Of a stretch of 64,000 nt of DNA, positions 49,250 through 60,000 are shown piece after piece. This DNA is from Candidatus Oxydemutatoraceae bacterium (GTDB lineage: Bacteria > Pseudomonadota > Gammaproteobacteria > Poriferisulfidales > Oxydemutatoraceae), in the NCBI GenBank assembly GCA_965220085.1, contig CBDCOZ010000003.1, positions 1,856,001 to 1,920,000 of the forward strand, read 5' to 3'. The notes beneath the pieces are model-generated. The model was not told where the DNA came from, did not search any database, and was given only the letters and a program-made list of their open reading frames with translations. The translations under genes were made by a program, and so were the position numbers. Position 1 is the first letter of the stretch; the number at the start of each line of letters is the position of its first letter.

Positions 49250-50221
49250 ATGAATTATGACCGACTGACCGAGAAGAAAAAACGCTTGGACGCGTTACGC
49301 CCGTTGCCAGATGCGCTTGTCCGCAATCTGGACGCGTGGTTTCGCATTGAGCTGACCTACACCAGCAATGCGCTTGAGGGGAATACGCTCACCCGGCGGG
49401 AAACGGCGTTGGTCGTTGAAAAGGGGCTGAGCGTTGGCGGCAAGTCTGTGACAGAACATCTTGAAGCGACCAACCATGCCCGCGCGCTGGACTGGGTCAA
49501 AGAGCGGGTTAAGCGCAAACCCGCCGGCCCGACTGCGAAGGATATTTTGCACATCCATAATGTTATCTTGCACGGTATTGACGATGCCAATGCCGGGCGT
49601 TACCGTCGCGTGTCGGCGCGCATTGCCGGCTCGACCATCGTGTTGCCGAACCCGCGCAAGGTTCCCGAATTGATGGGGGCATTTATCAAATGGCTTAGCG
49701 CAAGCAGGGCGCACCCGGTGCGGCGGGCCGCCGAAGTCCATTACCGGCTGGTCACTATTCATCCGTTTGTCGATGGCAATGGCCGCACCGCGCGGTTGCT
49801 GATGAATATGATTCTGCTGAGGGCCGGTTACCCTGCGGCCATTATCCGCAAGCGCGACCGCCTCGCTTACATCGATGCGCTTGAGACAGCGCAGACCGGA
49901 GGGGCGATTGACGACTATCACAGATTGATTGCGCAAGCCGTCAACCGCTCATTGGATATTTATCTGACAGCGGTTGCCGGGGAAGGCGCCGAACCGGCGG
50001 AGGGGGAGAGGTTGCTGAAGATTGGCGCACTCGCCGGACAAGCAGGCGAGAGCCCTTCGACCATTCGTCACTGGACCAAGGAAGGGTTGCTGGAGGTTGC
50101 CGAGATTACGCCGAGCGGATACCGGCTTTATGCCCCTGAAATGATTGCGCGCATTGAGAAGATCCATGCGCTGAAGAAACAACGCCTGACGTTGCCGGAG
50201 ATTAAAGACAAGTTGGGTTAG
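49250..50221 (+). CDS. Fic family protein with C-terminal MerR-type HTH
   Basis: TYTSNALEGN, HPFVDGNGRTARL; LLKIGALA...STIRHWTKEGLL...SGYRLY. Confidence 0.9.
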   Translation: MNYDRLTEKKKRLDALRPLPDALVRNLDAWFRIELTYTSNALEGNTLTRRETALVVEKGLSVGGKSVTEHLEATNHARALDWVKERVKRKPAGPTAKDILHIHNVILHGIDDANAGRYRRVSARIAGSTIVLPNPRKVPELMGAFIKWLSASRAHPVRRAAEVHYRLVTIHPFVDGNGRTARLLMNMILLRAGYPAAIIRKRDRLAYIDALETAQTGGAIDDYHRLIAQAVNRSLDIYLTAVAGEGAEPAEGERLLKIGALAGQAGESPSTIRHWTKEGLLEVAEITPSGYRLYAPEMIARIEKIHALKKQRLTLPEIKDKLG

Positions 50222-50234
50222 GCATTTGCCGGAA

Positions 50235-50259
50235 TAGAAATTAATGAGTCATTTTAGAC
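50235..50259 (-). repeat. Orphan truncated CRISPR repeat
   Basis: TAGAAATTAATGAGTCATTTTAGAC, 24/25 identical to part of the array repeat. Confidence 0.85.
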
Positions 50260-50481
50260 TCGGTCAAGACCCCGCCTGAAAAGGCAATATGTGAAATGCG
50301 GTTGCAACAGGGCGCCGCAGTGTTTGCCCTGTCAGCGAGCGGGTGCAATGATGAAAGTGATTGATTAATGTGGGGATTTCTCTGAACCTATATAATTTCT
50401 CCCTAAAGGATTCCAGCCCGTTAAAGGGCGAGAAAGAAACGAGCATAGCATGAACTATAAAGATACCCTTCCTATCTGAGA

Positions 50482-50988
50482 ATGCCTGAAGCAATACTGG
50501 TACCCCTCGCTATTTTAGTGTCGGCGGCACTGGCGTTGTTTTGTGTCTTGTGGCAGATAAATCAGCAACGCAAATTAAAAAAACAAACTAACAGCATCCA
50601 AGTTATGCTGGCACTCTGTAGTGACAAGGACCTTTACGATGCTTCAAGCATGATTTCTGAAATTGAGGACGATCCGAATGATTCGTCCGAAAAGTATGCC
50701 CACTCCCCGCCAGAAAATCTGACTGTGCAACAAAAGAACAAGTGGTTAAAAAAGCGAAGCGCATTGCGCGCGATGGTTAATTTCTTTGAGACGGTCAGCG
50801 TTGGAATCCGCCAAAACATTTATGACGAGGAAATCATTTGCGGATGCGCACGGTCAATGTTTATTAAAAATTACGAGCGAATCGAACCGTTCATCCTCAA
50901 GATGCGAAGCAAAAACAACGTGTACTCCTACGGCGAACACTTCCAACATATCGCCGAAAAATTTAGACAGGTGGATCCTCCTCCCTAA
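50482..50988 (+). CDS. DUF4760-like protein with N-terminal TM helix
   Basis: NFFETVSVGIRQNIYDEEI motif. Confidence 0.75.
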   Translation: MPEAILVPLAILVSAALALFCVLWQINQQRKLKKQTNSIQVMLALCSDKDLYDASSMISEIEDDPNDSSEKYAHSPPENLTVQQKNKWLKKRSALRAMVNFFETVSVGIRQNIYDEEIICGCARSMFIKNYERIEPFILKMRSKNNVYSYGEHFQHIAEKFRQVDPPP

Positions 50989-51096
50989 CTTCCCAATTTG
51001 GTATGGCGAATGGATTGCGAGATTGACTCGTATGCCCTTTTAGCCCTGAGATACTCTTCCTTTGACACTTTTCTTGTTCTGCTTAGGTTCTTCTTA

Positions 51097-54000
51097 TTCT
51101 ACTAGAGTAGAAATTAATGAGTCATCTTAGACATGGACTGTATATTATCACAACGCGCAATCTACTAGAGTAGAAATTAATGAGTCATCTTAGACGCTTA
51201 CAGGCGACTGTATTGAAATTAAATCTACTAGAGTAGAAATTAATGAGTCATCTTAGACATGGACGCCGTAGAGGCGGCGGAGAAATCTACTAGAGTAGAA
51301 ATTAATGAGTCATCTTAGACATGGACGCCGTAGAGGCGGCGGAGAAATCTACTAGAGTAGAAATTAATGAGTCATCTTAGACCTATCGGCTCCGAGGTTG
51401 AGGACATCCATCTACTAGAGTAGAAATTAATGAGTCATCTTAGACGACATTTGTTGCGAGGTTAGTGTATGCATCTACTAGAGTAGAAATTAATGAGTCA
51501 TCTTAGACATCGACGGAGGCCAACTGATGTACCGATCTACTAGAGTAGAAATTAATGAGTCATCTTAGACCCAACAGCCAAGACATTCAAGGCGCTATCT
51601 ACTAGAGTAGAAATTAATGAGTCATCTTAGACCCTCGATGTAGACATATGATCCTTTGCGATCTACTAGAGTAGAAATTAATGAGTCATCTTAGACAATT
51701 GCGCGACCGATTTGATGATGCCGCATCTACTAGAGTAGAAATTAATGAGTCATCTTAGACACGTATGACCCTGCGCAAAGTGCCTCAATCTACTAGAGTA
51801 GAAATTAATGAGTCATCTTAGACGCCCGCCCGCAGGAGAAAAAACAATGAATATCTACTAGAGTAGAAATTAATGAGTCATCTTAGACCGATCGTTATTT
51901 GACGGCGCGGTGATATCTACTAGAGTAGAAATTAATGAGTCATCTTAGACATTTCGTTGCGCCGGCGCTTCATTTCAATCTACTAGAGTAGAAATTAATG
52001 AGTCATCTTAGACGCGCGATGTCGTCGTCAGATTCCACCCAATCTACTAGAGTAGAAATTAATGAGTCATCTTAGACGCAACAAACTGGACGGGCGGCGA
52101 TGGCAGATCTACTAGAGTAGAAATTAATGAGTCATCTTAGACCTGCGACGACGCCCGATCCCACCGCGCCCAATCTACTAGAGTAGAAATTAATGAGTCA
52201 TCTTAGACAATACAAAGCTTTCCGCCGAATCAAGATCTACTAGAGTAGAAATTAATGAGTCATCTTAGACTCCGATGCGCTGCTCATCGGCCTGCGATCT
52301 ACTAGAGTAGAAATTAATGAGTCATCTTAGACGAGGTGGTGCACGGCCTCGGCGCCGATATCTACTAGAGTAGAAATTAATGAGTCATCTTAGACCGGCG
52401 GGCGATTCGGCGGATCGGCCTATCTACTAGAGTAGAAATTAATGAGTCATCTTAGACTCACGCACGACAGCCTCCTCACCGCCCATCTACTAGAGTAGAA
52501 ATTAATGAGTCATCTTAGACATGTCGTCAGCGGCGGCCGTCATTTGATCTACTAGAGTAGAAATTAATGAGTCATCTTAGACATTCGCGCCGAGCGCAAG
52601 AGGCGCTGATCTACTAGAGTAGAAATTAATGAGTCATCTTAGACGTACCGCTGACTGGCGGCACATAAACATCTACTAGAGTAGAAATTAATGAGTCATC
52701 TTAGACACGTTGAACGAGGCTGAGATTGCGTTATCTACTAGAGTAGAAATTAATGAGTCATCTTAGACAGGCATCGGATGCGATGCTCGAAATCCATCTA
52801 CTAGAGTAGAAATTAATGAGTCATCTTAGACGTTCGGCGCATCCGCATCGACCTGCAATCTACTAGAGTAGAAATTAATGAGTCATCTTAGACAGGATAA
52901 TCCATCCCGATCAGCCCGCCATCTACTAGAGTAGAAATTAATGAGTCATCTTAGACCTTGCAGCCCCAAGCGCGAGAGTCGCATCTACTAGAGTAGAAAT
53001 TAATGAGTCATCTTAGACCCAAGGATTAATAGAATGGCAACACCATCTACTAGAGTAGAAATTAATGAGTCATCTTAGACGTCGCCGGCGCCAAGAGCGC
53101 CGAACGCATCTACTAGAGTAGAAATTAATGAGTCATCTTAGACAGTTTGGCGACATCGGCTAGTAAACAATCTACTAGAGTAGAAATTAATGAGTCATCT
53201 TAGACCCTTATTTCAATATGTGAATACTCGTATCTACTAGAGTAGAAATTAATGAGTCATCTTAGACATATCTGTGCCCCAGACCTATGCCCAATATCTA
53301 CTAGAGTAGAAATTAATGAGTCATCTTAGACAAAGAACGAATTCGAGAATTCTACTGACATCTACTAGAGTAGAAATTAATGAGTCATCTTAGACGAAGT
53401 TTTCAGAAACCCGCCCGCCTGATCTACTAGAGTAGAAATTAATGAGTCATCTTAGACCCGATACCATTGCGGAATCCATGAAACATCTACTAGAGTAGAA
53501 ATTAATGAGTCATCTTAGACATTCTGGTGATTACGCAGATGTCTTTCAATCTACTAGAGTAGAAATTAATGAGTCATCTTAGACGGTTTATGGTCTGCGC
53601 TGTAAGCTCCAATCTACTAGAGTAGAAATTAATGAGTCATCTTAGACTAAACAGGGGTTAATGATATAAAATCATCTACTAGAGTAGAAATTAATGAGTC
53701 ATCTTAGACAGCGTGTGCACAATCTCAACCGATTGATCTACTAGAGTAGAAATTAATGAGTCATCTTAGACAGCGTGTGCACAATCTCAACCGATTGATC
53801 TACTAGAGTAGAAATTAATGAGTCATCTTAGACCTTGGCGTCGCGAGCACGCGCTCAAAATCTACTAGAGTAGAAATTAATGAGTCATCTTAGACCCTAG
53901 CATGCCCCCACATTTTCTGCGATCTACTAGAGTAGAAATTAATGAGTCATCTTAGACCACGAAAATCCCGGGAGTGATCTAATATCTACTAGAGTAGAAA

Positions 54001-55083
54001 TTAATGAGTCATCTTAGACAAAACAATTTTTTCGAGATCTTCCCAAATCTACTAGAGTAGAAATTAATGAGTCATCTTAGACTGGGGCGATCGCGGCGTT
54101 CGCCGACAATCTACTAGAGTAGAAATTAATGAGTCATCTTAGACAGTCGAAGATTTGTGCATCAGCTGTTAATCTACTAGAGTAGAAATTAATGAGTCAT
54201 CTTAGACGTCATACCATCGCGTTGAGCTTCCGATCTACTAGAGTAGAAATTAATGAGTCATCTTAGACGGCGTGCTCATGCGAGCAGGCTCTGTAGATCT
54301 ACTAGAGTAGAAATTAATGAGTCATCTTAGACCTGCGAATCTTCGCACTCGCGCAGAGAATCTACTAGAGTAGAAATTAATGAGTCATCTTAGACTCAGC
54401 ACCCTCTCTAACGCCTTCTTATCTACTAGAGTAGAAATTAATGAGTCATCTTAGACCCGCAACCTGTTCTGTCTGCCGGCGAATCTACTAGAGTAGAAAT
54501 TAATGAGTCATCTTAGACCATCGGCGGCATGCGAGGTCCAATCATATCTACTAGAGTAGAAATTAATGAGTCATCTTAGACAAGTGATCAATCCGGACAA
54601 AATCGATCTATCTACTAGAGTAGAAATTAATGAGTCATCTTAGACAACATACAATAATAACAACTTACTGTAATCTACTAGAGTAGAAATTAATGAGTCA
54701 TCTTAGACAAACGGTGTCTGTTGCCGTCGAGGTAATCTACTAGAGTAGAAATTAATGAGTCATCTTAGACCGAGGTTGTTCAAGGAGTTGTAAAATATCT
54801 ACTAGAGTAGAAATTAATGAGTCATCTTAGACTTTTAGAGGCAAAAAACATGAGCAAAATCTACTAGAGTAGAAATTAATGAGTCATCTTAGACACAACA
54901 CAGGAGATAAACATGAAAAAAATCTACTAGAGTAGAAATTAATGAGTCATCTTAGACTTTGCCGACACCGCCGGCACGGAGAGATCTACTAGAGTAGAAA
55001 TTAATGAGTCATCTTAGACCCCTGAGCCGCTAACGCTCATCTCAACTATCTACTAGAGTAGAAATTAATGAGTCATCTTAGAC
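51097..55083 (-). CRISPR. Type V-A CRISPR array, 64 repeats of 36 bp and 63 spacers of 25-30 bp
   Basis: Repeat (minus strand) GTCTAAGATGACTCATTAATTTCTACTCTAGTAGAT with the Cas12a AATTTCTAC-N4-GTAGAT handle; AT-rich leader 55084..55243. Confidence 0.99.
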
Positions 55084-55243
55084 AGATAAATTGACCAAAT
55101 GGCATAAAAAATATCTTCCTGCCTGCATAAAGCAACAAAACTATTTTGACTAAGCAGACTCATTTTATCTAAATATCCTCTTTTGAGGCCATTAAGACCA
55201 AGGTTTGCAATTTGGGACTCACACTATACAAGGACTATAGCAT

Positions 55244-55519
55244 TTAATCAACAAAAATTAAGCTCTCGTCGTCATTTTTTGCATATCCGAACCTCCATTG
55301 CTTGCAAGTTTTGCTAAGAGCAAAAATTATGACACTATCGTTCTGAGAAAAATGATGGGAAAAACGACCCTCTATCTCAGAAATAATGTTGTTTAATACT
55401 CTATCACTATTTCGAATCTGGAACATAGAGTACTGTAAACGATAGCCAAATTTCCCTAAAAATTTAGACAGCTTTCCTCTAACCTTATCGTCACTTATGT
55501 CGTATGAAACAATGAGCAC
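55244..55519 (-). CDS. cas2: CRISPR-associated Cas2
   Basis: VLIVSYDISDD...GYRLQYSMF; GTG start. Confidence 0.95.
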   Translation of the reverse strand: MLIVSYDISDDKVRGKLSKFLGKFGYRLQYSMFQIRNSDRVLNNIISEIEGRFSHHFSQNDSVIIFALSKTCKQWRFGYAKNDDESLIFVD

Positions 55520-55529
55520 CTTGTTTATC

Positions 55530-56492
55530 TCAAAGAGCAAAGACTGGATATTCCCGCACCGCCTTTTGTCGAATAAAACACCGATAATATTGTTGTACAA
55601 AAATAAACATAGCTTTTCTATAGTTCAGTATCTCCTTTGATAGCCACTCTATATAGGGTTTCCCAGTCTTGCCCAAAATACGATACTGCTTATTTACAAT
55701 GGTAAAGTCTTCGCTTTTTATCTGATTAAGAGTGTGGGCTTTTTTAATGCGGGCATCAATAATTGGCCGAAATGGTTCAACTAAATCGCACACTAAGGAT
55801 TTCCTTTGATAAAAACACTGATGATAGACGCCTTTATAAATATCAAAACCATAGAGGCCCAACAAACCCTCAATGAAATTAAATAATATCGTATAACCAG
55901 TATCTTGCAACGAGTTTGTGGGATCATGCTTGACTCTTGGCCTGCGTGCTGTCCAGTTACATCCCCCAAACAACATTTTGAAATACTCTCTGGAAGCAAT
56001 TCCCTCAAGCCCTAATATTCCCTGCAAATCCGGCTTATCTCTGGTAAGACGCACACTATACTCTCCCAACCTTTCAATAGTCTTTTTCATCTCACCATCT
56101 TTATTGCGAATCTTTTTGAGCACACTTTTTTGATTGTCTATTTTATTCCTTATTAAATGTGTAGCGATTGCAAGCGATGAATAGCTGTATTGTTTCTCCC
56201 TTAACAGAAAATTCCCTTCTGTTTTTGCTCCCCATATCCCGTATGGTCGCAACCAACTTGTCATAAAGATTAGTGTGAAACCAAACTTGTCAGACCGTTG
56301 AAGTAACCCTGATGTGATTGTCAGGTTCCCAACGATATAAACTGCAAATAACCTATAGCATGTTGACTGATGGATAGTTTCACCCTCCTTGTCTTTTACA
56401 ATGATGTTGTCGTTCTTGAAAGTTAGCTTCTCTCCATTATTAGCAAATACGAACACGAGTTGCTTTTCCATAAAGTCAGGCAGACTCATCAT
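55530..56492 (-). CDS. cas1: CRISPR-associated Cas1 (type V-A)
   Basis: LGLEGIASREYF, GVYHQ...SLVCDLVEPFR. Confidence 0.96.
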   Translation of the reverse strand: MMSLPDFMEKQLVFVFANNGEKLTFKNDNIIVKDKEGETIHQSTCYRLFAVYIVGNLTITSGLLQRSDKFGFTLIFMTSWLRPYGIWGAKTEGNFLLREKQYSYSSLAIATHLIRNKIDNQKSVLKKIRNKDGEMKKTIERLGEYSVRLTRDKPDLQGILGLEGIASREYFKMLFGGCNWTARRPRVKHDPTNSLQDTGYTILFNFIEGLLGLYGFDIYKGVYHQCFYQRKSLVCDLVEPFRPIIDARIKKAHTLNQIKSEDFTIVNKQYRILGKTGKPYIEWLSKEILNYRKAMFIFVQQYYRCFIRQKAVREYPVFAL

Positions 56493-57049
56493 ATCTCAGC
56501 TTTCTCATCGCAAAGGTTTGAATATATGCATCTGGCACATTTGTGAGGATTTGCATGAAATGAACTTGTCAAGTCATAGCAGTTAATATCTTGAATCAAC
56601 CTTTCAAATCTCTGTTGCATAAGTCTGTCATCCTTTGGCAATTTGATTGGATAAACTTTGTTGGTGTCCAGACTATATAAGCGTAACTTTCTAACGTTAT
56701 AGCCCATCTCTGTTAGGCAATGAAATTGACCATACAGTTGAAACACATATCCATCATATACCTGTTTTATAAGCTTCTTTCTCTCTGTAAGTAGCCCTTT
56801 CGCTTCATCAAAAATATCAATCTTTCCATGCAGCCTATAGCGTTCTGAGTAAACAGGAATCCCCTGCAAAACTGACTTTCTTGTGCTGTATGCACGGGAA
56901 TCAATAGCCTGATGGGCCTGTCGGCCTTCAATTTGGGGCTTTTCCTGATAACCCAGTTGCTCGCGCTTTGAATAAAGCTGGTGGAAGTAAATGGAGCGAG
57001 GACAGAAAATAAAATCATTCAGGAATGATATTGGGATATAGTTTTCCAA
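56489..57049 (-). CDS. cas4: CRISPR-associated Cas4 (type V-A)
   Basis: LNDFIFCPRSIYFH, GKIDIF, ERKK, KCARCIYSNLC. Confidence 0.95.
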   Translation of the reverse strand: MENYIPISFLNDFIFCPRSIYFHQLYSKREQLGYQEKPQIEGRQAHQAIDSRAYSTRKSVLQGIPVYSERYRLHGKIDIFDEAKGLLTERKKLIKQVYDGYVFQLYGQFHCLTEMGYNVRKLRLYSLDTNKVYPIKLPKDDRLMQQRFERLIQDINCYDLTSSFHANPHKCARCIYSNLCDEKAEI

Positions 57050-57061
57050 TGGTATTTTGCT

Positions 57062-60000
57062 TCAGCTATTTTTATCTCTGCTCTGAACAAACTCATACCA
57101 AGCCCTATTGCTTAAATCAGGTTTGAACTTTTTAATTTCTTCTTCGTGCTTATTGAGTTGTCGAAGCATCATCAAAGATTTCAATGCTATATGGTATGCG
57201 CCATTCGCATCCGCATTCTGCGGCATAGAGCCATCTGCTACACGGGAATCAAAAAACTTTCCGCTTTTATCTCTCACCGGTGAAATTAGCCAATCCTCAT
57301 CTGTTCCTATCTTACTATTGCGCATCTGCAAAATTAATTTGAGTAAGCGGATAATAGACTTAAAGAATTGGCTATCGCTCTGCTCAATTATTAGATCTTT
57401 TATACACTGCTCATTAGAATAATCGATAGAAGAGTTGTGAAATAATTGTTTCAATTCCTTCGTTAAATTAACTTCTCGGGATGTCCACTGATTATTGTTG
57501 TCCGTGTCTTTAAAGTTTTCCAATCTTTCGCCATGGCTACATACAGTCCAATCTAATTTGCTTCCTTCTGCCTTATTCGTAAATTCATTGTAATTAAATT
57601 GAAACTCAAAGTAGTCGCCACTTTCATTGAAAGATATTTTCTCAAACTTCCCGAAGTAATCTTTTGTTTTTTCTATCGTCTCGTACTTTGGGCAAAGCAA
57701 ATTGACAAATCCAGTCGTTGGGCAAACTTTAGAAGTATGATACGCAGGAACATAGAAGATGAACCCAGTCTGTTTGCCCAATTTCTGAAAGCTTTCGAAA
57801 GGAGCGGCTAACTGCAAAGCGCTATATAGCCCTCCCGCTTCATCTTTTTCCTTATCCTTAAATACCAGATAATTCAACTTATCTATGAGCGTCTTCTCCA
57901 ACTTTTGATAGACCTGCTTTTCTATTTTGAATCGCCCTCTCTTAAAGCCAAAGTTTAAGTCTTCAAATACAACGATAGCATTGTATTCAACCATGAGTTG
58001 AGAAATTTTGTGCACGACTTGAGAAAGATAACCCTCTTTCAAGTCTTTAATTCTTTCAATGGTTCCCCACGACTTTCTGGCCTCGTCTCTTTCTCCTTCC
58101 CGCTGATCTAAAAGTTTTTGATAATCTTTTTCTCCAAACGGATTATTTAGACTGTCCTGCAGATAATCGCCGTTTTTATCTTTCAGTATTTCTCCGTTCT
58201 GATTAATAACCGTGTAATACGCCAAATGCCTTTCACCCCTGTCAATACCAATGATGTTAATGTCAGAATTGTTTTTCAAAAATTGGTTAACTTCATCTTT
58301 GATGTTGCTAAGTCCATCTGCTTTGAAATTACACGTAATCGGCACATGAAATAAGTATGTGTCCTGCGCATAGCGTCGATCTTTAATGATGGGATATTTT
58401 TGCTTCTTTTTTGGGTCGTTCGCATGGTGACCCTTTTTGCGAATTGCATCGGAGTATTCTATTGATGCTTTGCGATGAAATAGTTCGGACTCTCCGTCAA
58501 GTTTATAAATGACATGTTTTCGGTTCTGTCCTTCAAATAGAGCTCTCCAGTAAAGGGTTTGCAAGTTCGGCTTCCCCTTTGACTGCGGAGAAAAATCTTT
58601 GGAATAAATTTGGAATAGGTATAACTTACCCTCGCTTACGCATTTATCAATATAGTTTTCCGAAATATCTACAAAAGTGATTTTATAACCCTGTTTATCT
58701 ACATCGTCGGTAAAGTCTTTGAACTTATCATAATTGCCACTTGAGCGAAAATTAAAATTAGCCCACGGCCAGTAACTTTCTGCTGCCTCCTTATAGTAAT
58801 CAATGAATATTGATAAATCGCTCTTACTAAAATGTTTGCCTGGTTTATAAGATTCTTCTTGCTTTATTCTTGCTATACCAGGGATGTGCTGCTCTTTCAA
58901 TTCCTCTAAATGTTTTGTGTATTTTATAAACTGTCCTTCCACCTTGACTAAATTTTGAATATTTATAGCAGCTCTCGTCTGTTTATAAACCATTTTTTGA
59001 TAACATTTTCCATCGCTAGGCAACTTATCTTTATTTGCAAATAACTTTTTGTGACCCTTGTCCATAACCCCAAGAAAATATTGCCCGTCTTTCATTAAAA
59101 GTACACAAGTGGTAGCTGTTTCCCTATTCTTGTCCCACCCACCTGCAAGTTCTTGGTTTTCAAAATTTAATTTATATTTCTCAATGCTATAAGGCCTTTT
59201 AGTAAGGTAATTACGCACCTTATCGTAGAGTGGGATAATCTGGCTAAGCTCTCGGTATAGTTCATCAAATGTGCTATAGAAACCACCGTCTTTTTCATAT
59301 GCCTCAATCTTTTTTTGATCTTTCTTTCTAAGTTGTATATATAGCGGTCGCAGGAAAAGCTGTAAGTCTTTAAGTGCGTCAAGGTAAGCCTTAATTTTGC
59401 TCACTTCTTCTTTCTTAGCCTTGAGTCTCTTTTCTTCAATACACTTATACTTTTCCATTATGGGCAAAGCGGCCTTATACGCTATTTCTATTTCTTCAAG
59501 TAGTTCTTTGGGTTCAAATAAATTCTTCTTTTCGTTCTTTTTGCGAATGGAGAGTTCTGCAAAATAATTAAATAGGGGCTCGCTTGTGGCGATCTCTTTT
59601 TGTTGTTTCATGTCTTTTTCTCCGGCTATCTTCTCTTGTTTGTCACCCTTTTCCTCCTTTAGCTCATCGTCCGTATATCGGTCAAAGTATATTGCTAATG
59701 CTTCATGAATTTCATGAAAGGAAAAATAGGACTGCTTACACCACGTTTCTCTAGCCTTTTGAAGCTTCTTTGTTTCTTTTTTATTAGCAGGTTTAGGAAA
59801 CTTTACTACTTCGGCATAGTATTCCAGACAATCATTTATCGTATTCCAATTGCCAAACAAGTGTTGTGAAATACTCTCTATAGCACGATCATTTCTAATA
59901 TAGATTTTCTTAGGATCCGCTTTCTCAAGGGATTGCAGATAGGCCTCCTCTACTTGCTCTTGAACCTCCCTTGTAATTTCTCTGACATGCTCCAGTTTTT

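Noticed and set aside
53081-53107. Spacer sharing 16 nt (CGCCGGCGCCAAGAGC) with the PPC-repeat gene near 34898
   Set aside because: GC-rich partial match with mismatches across the PAM-proximal seed; likely chance
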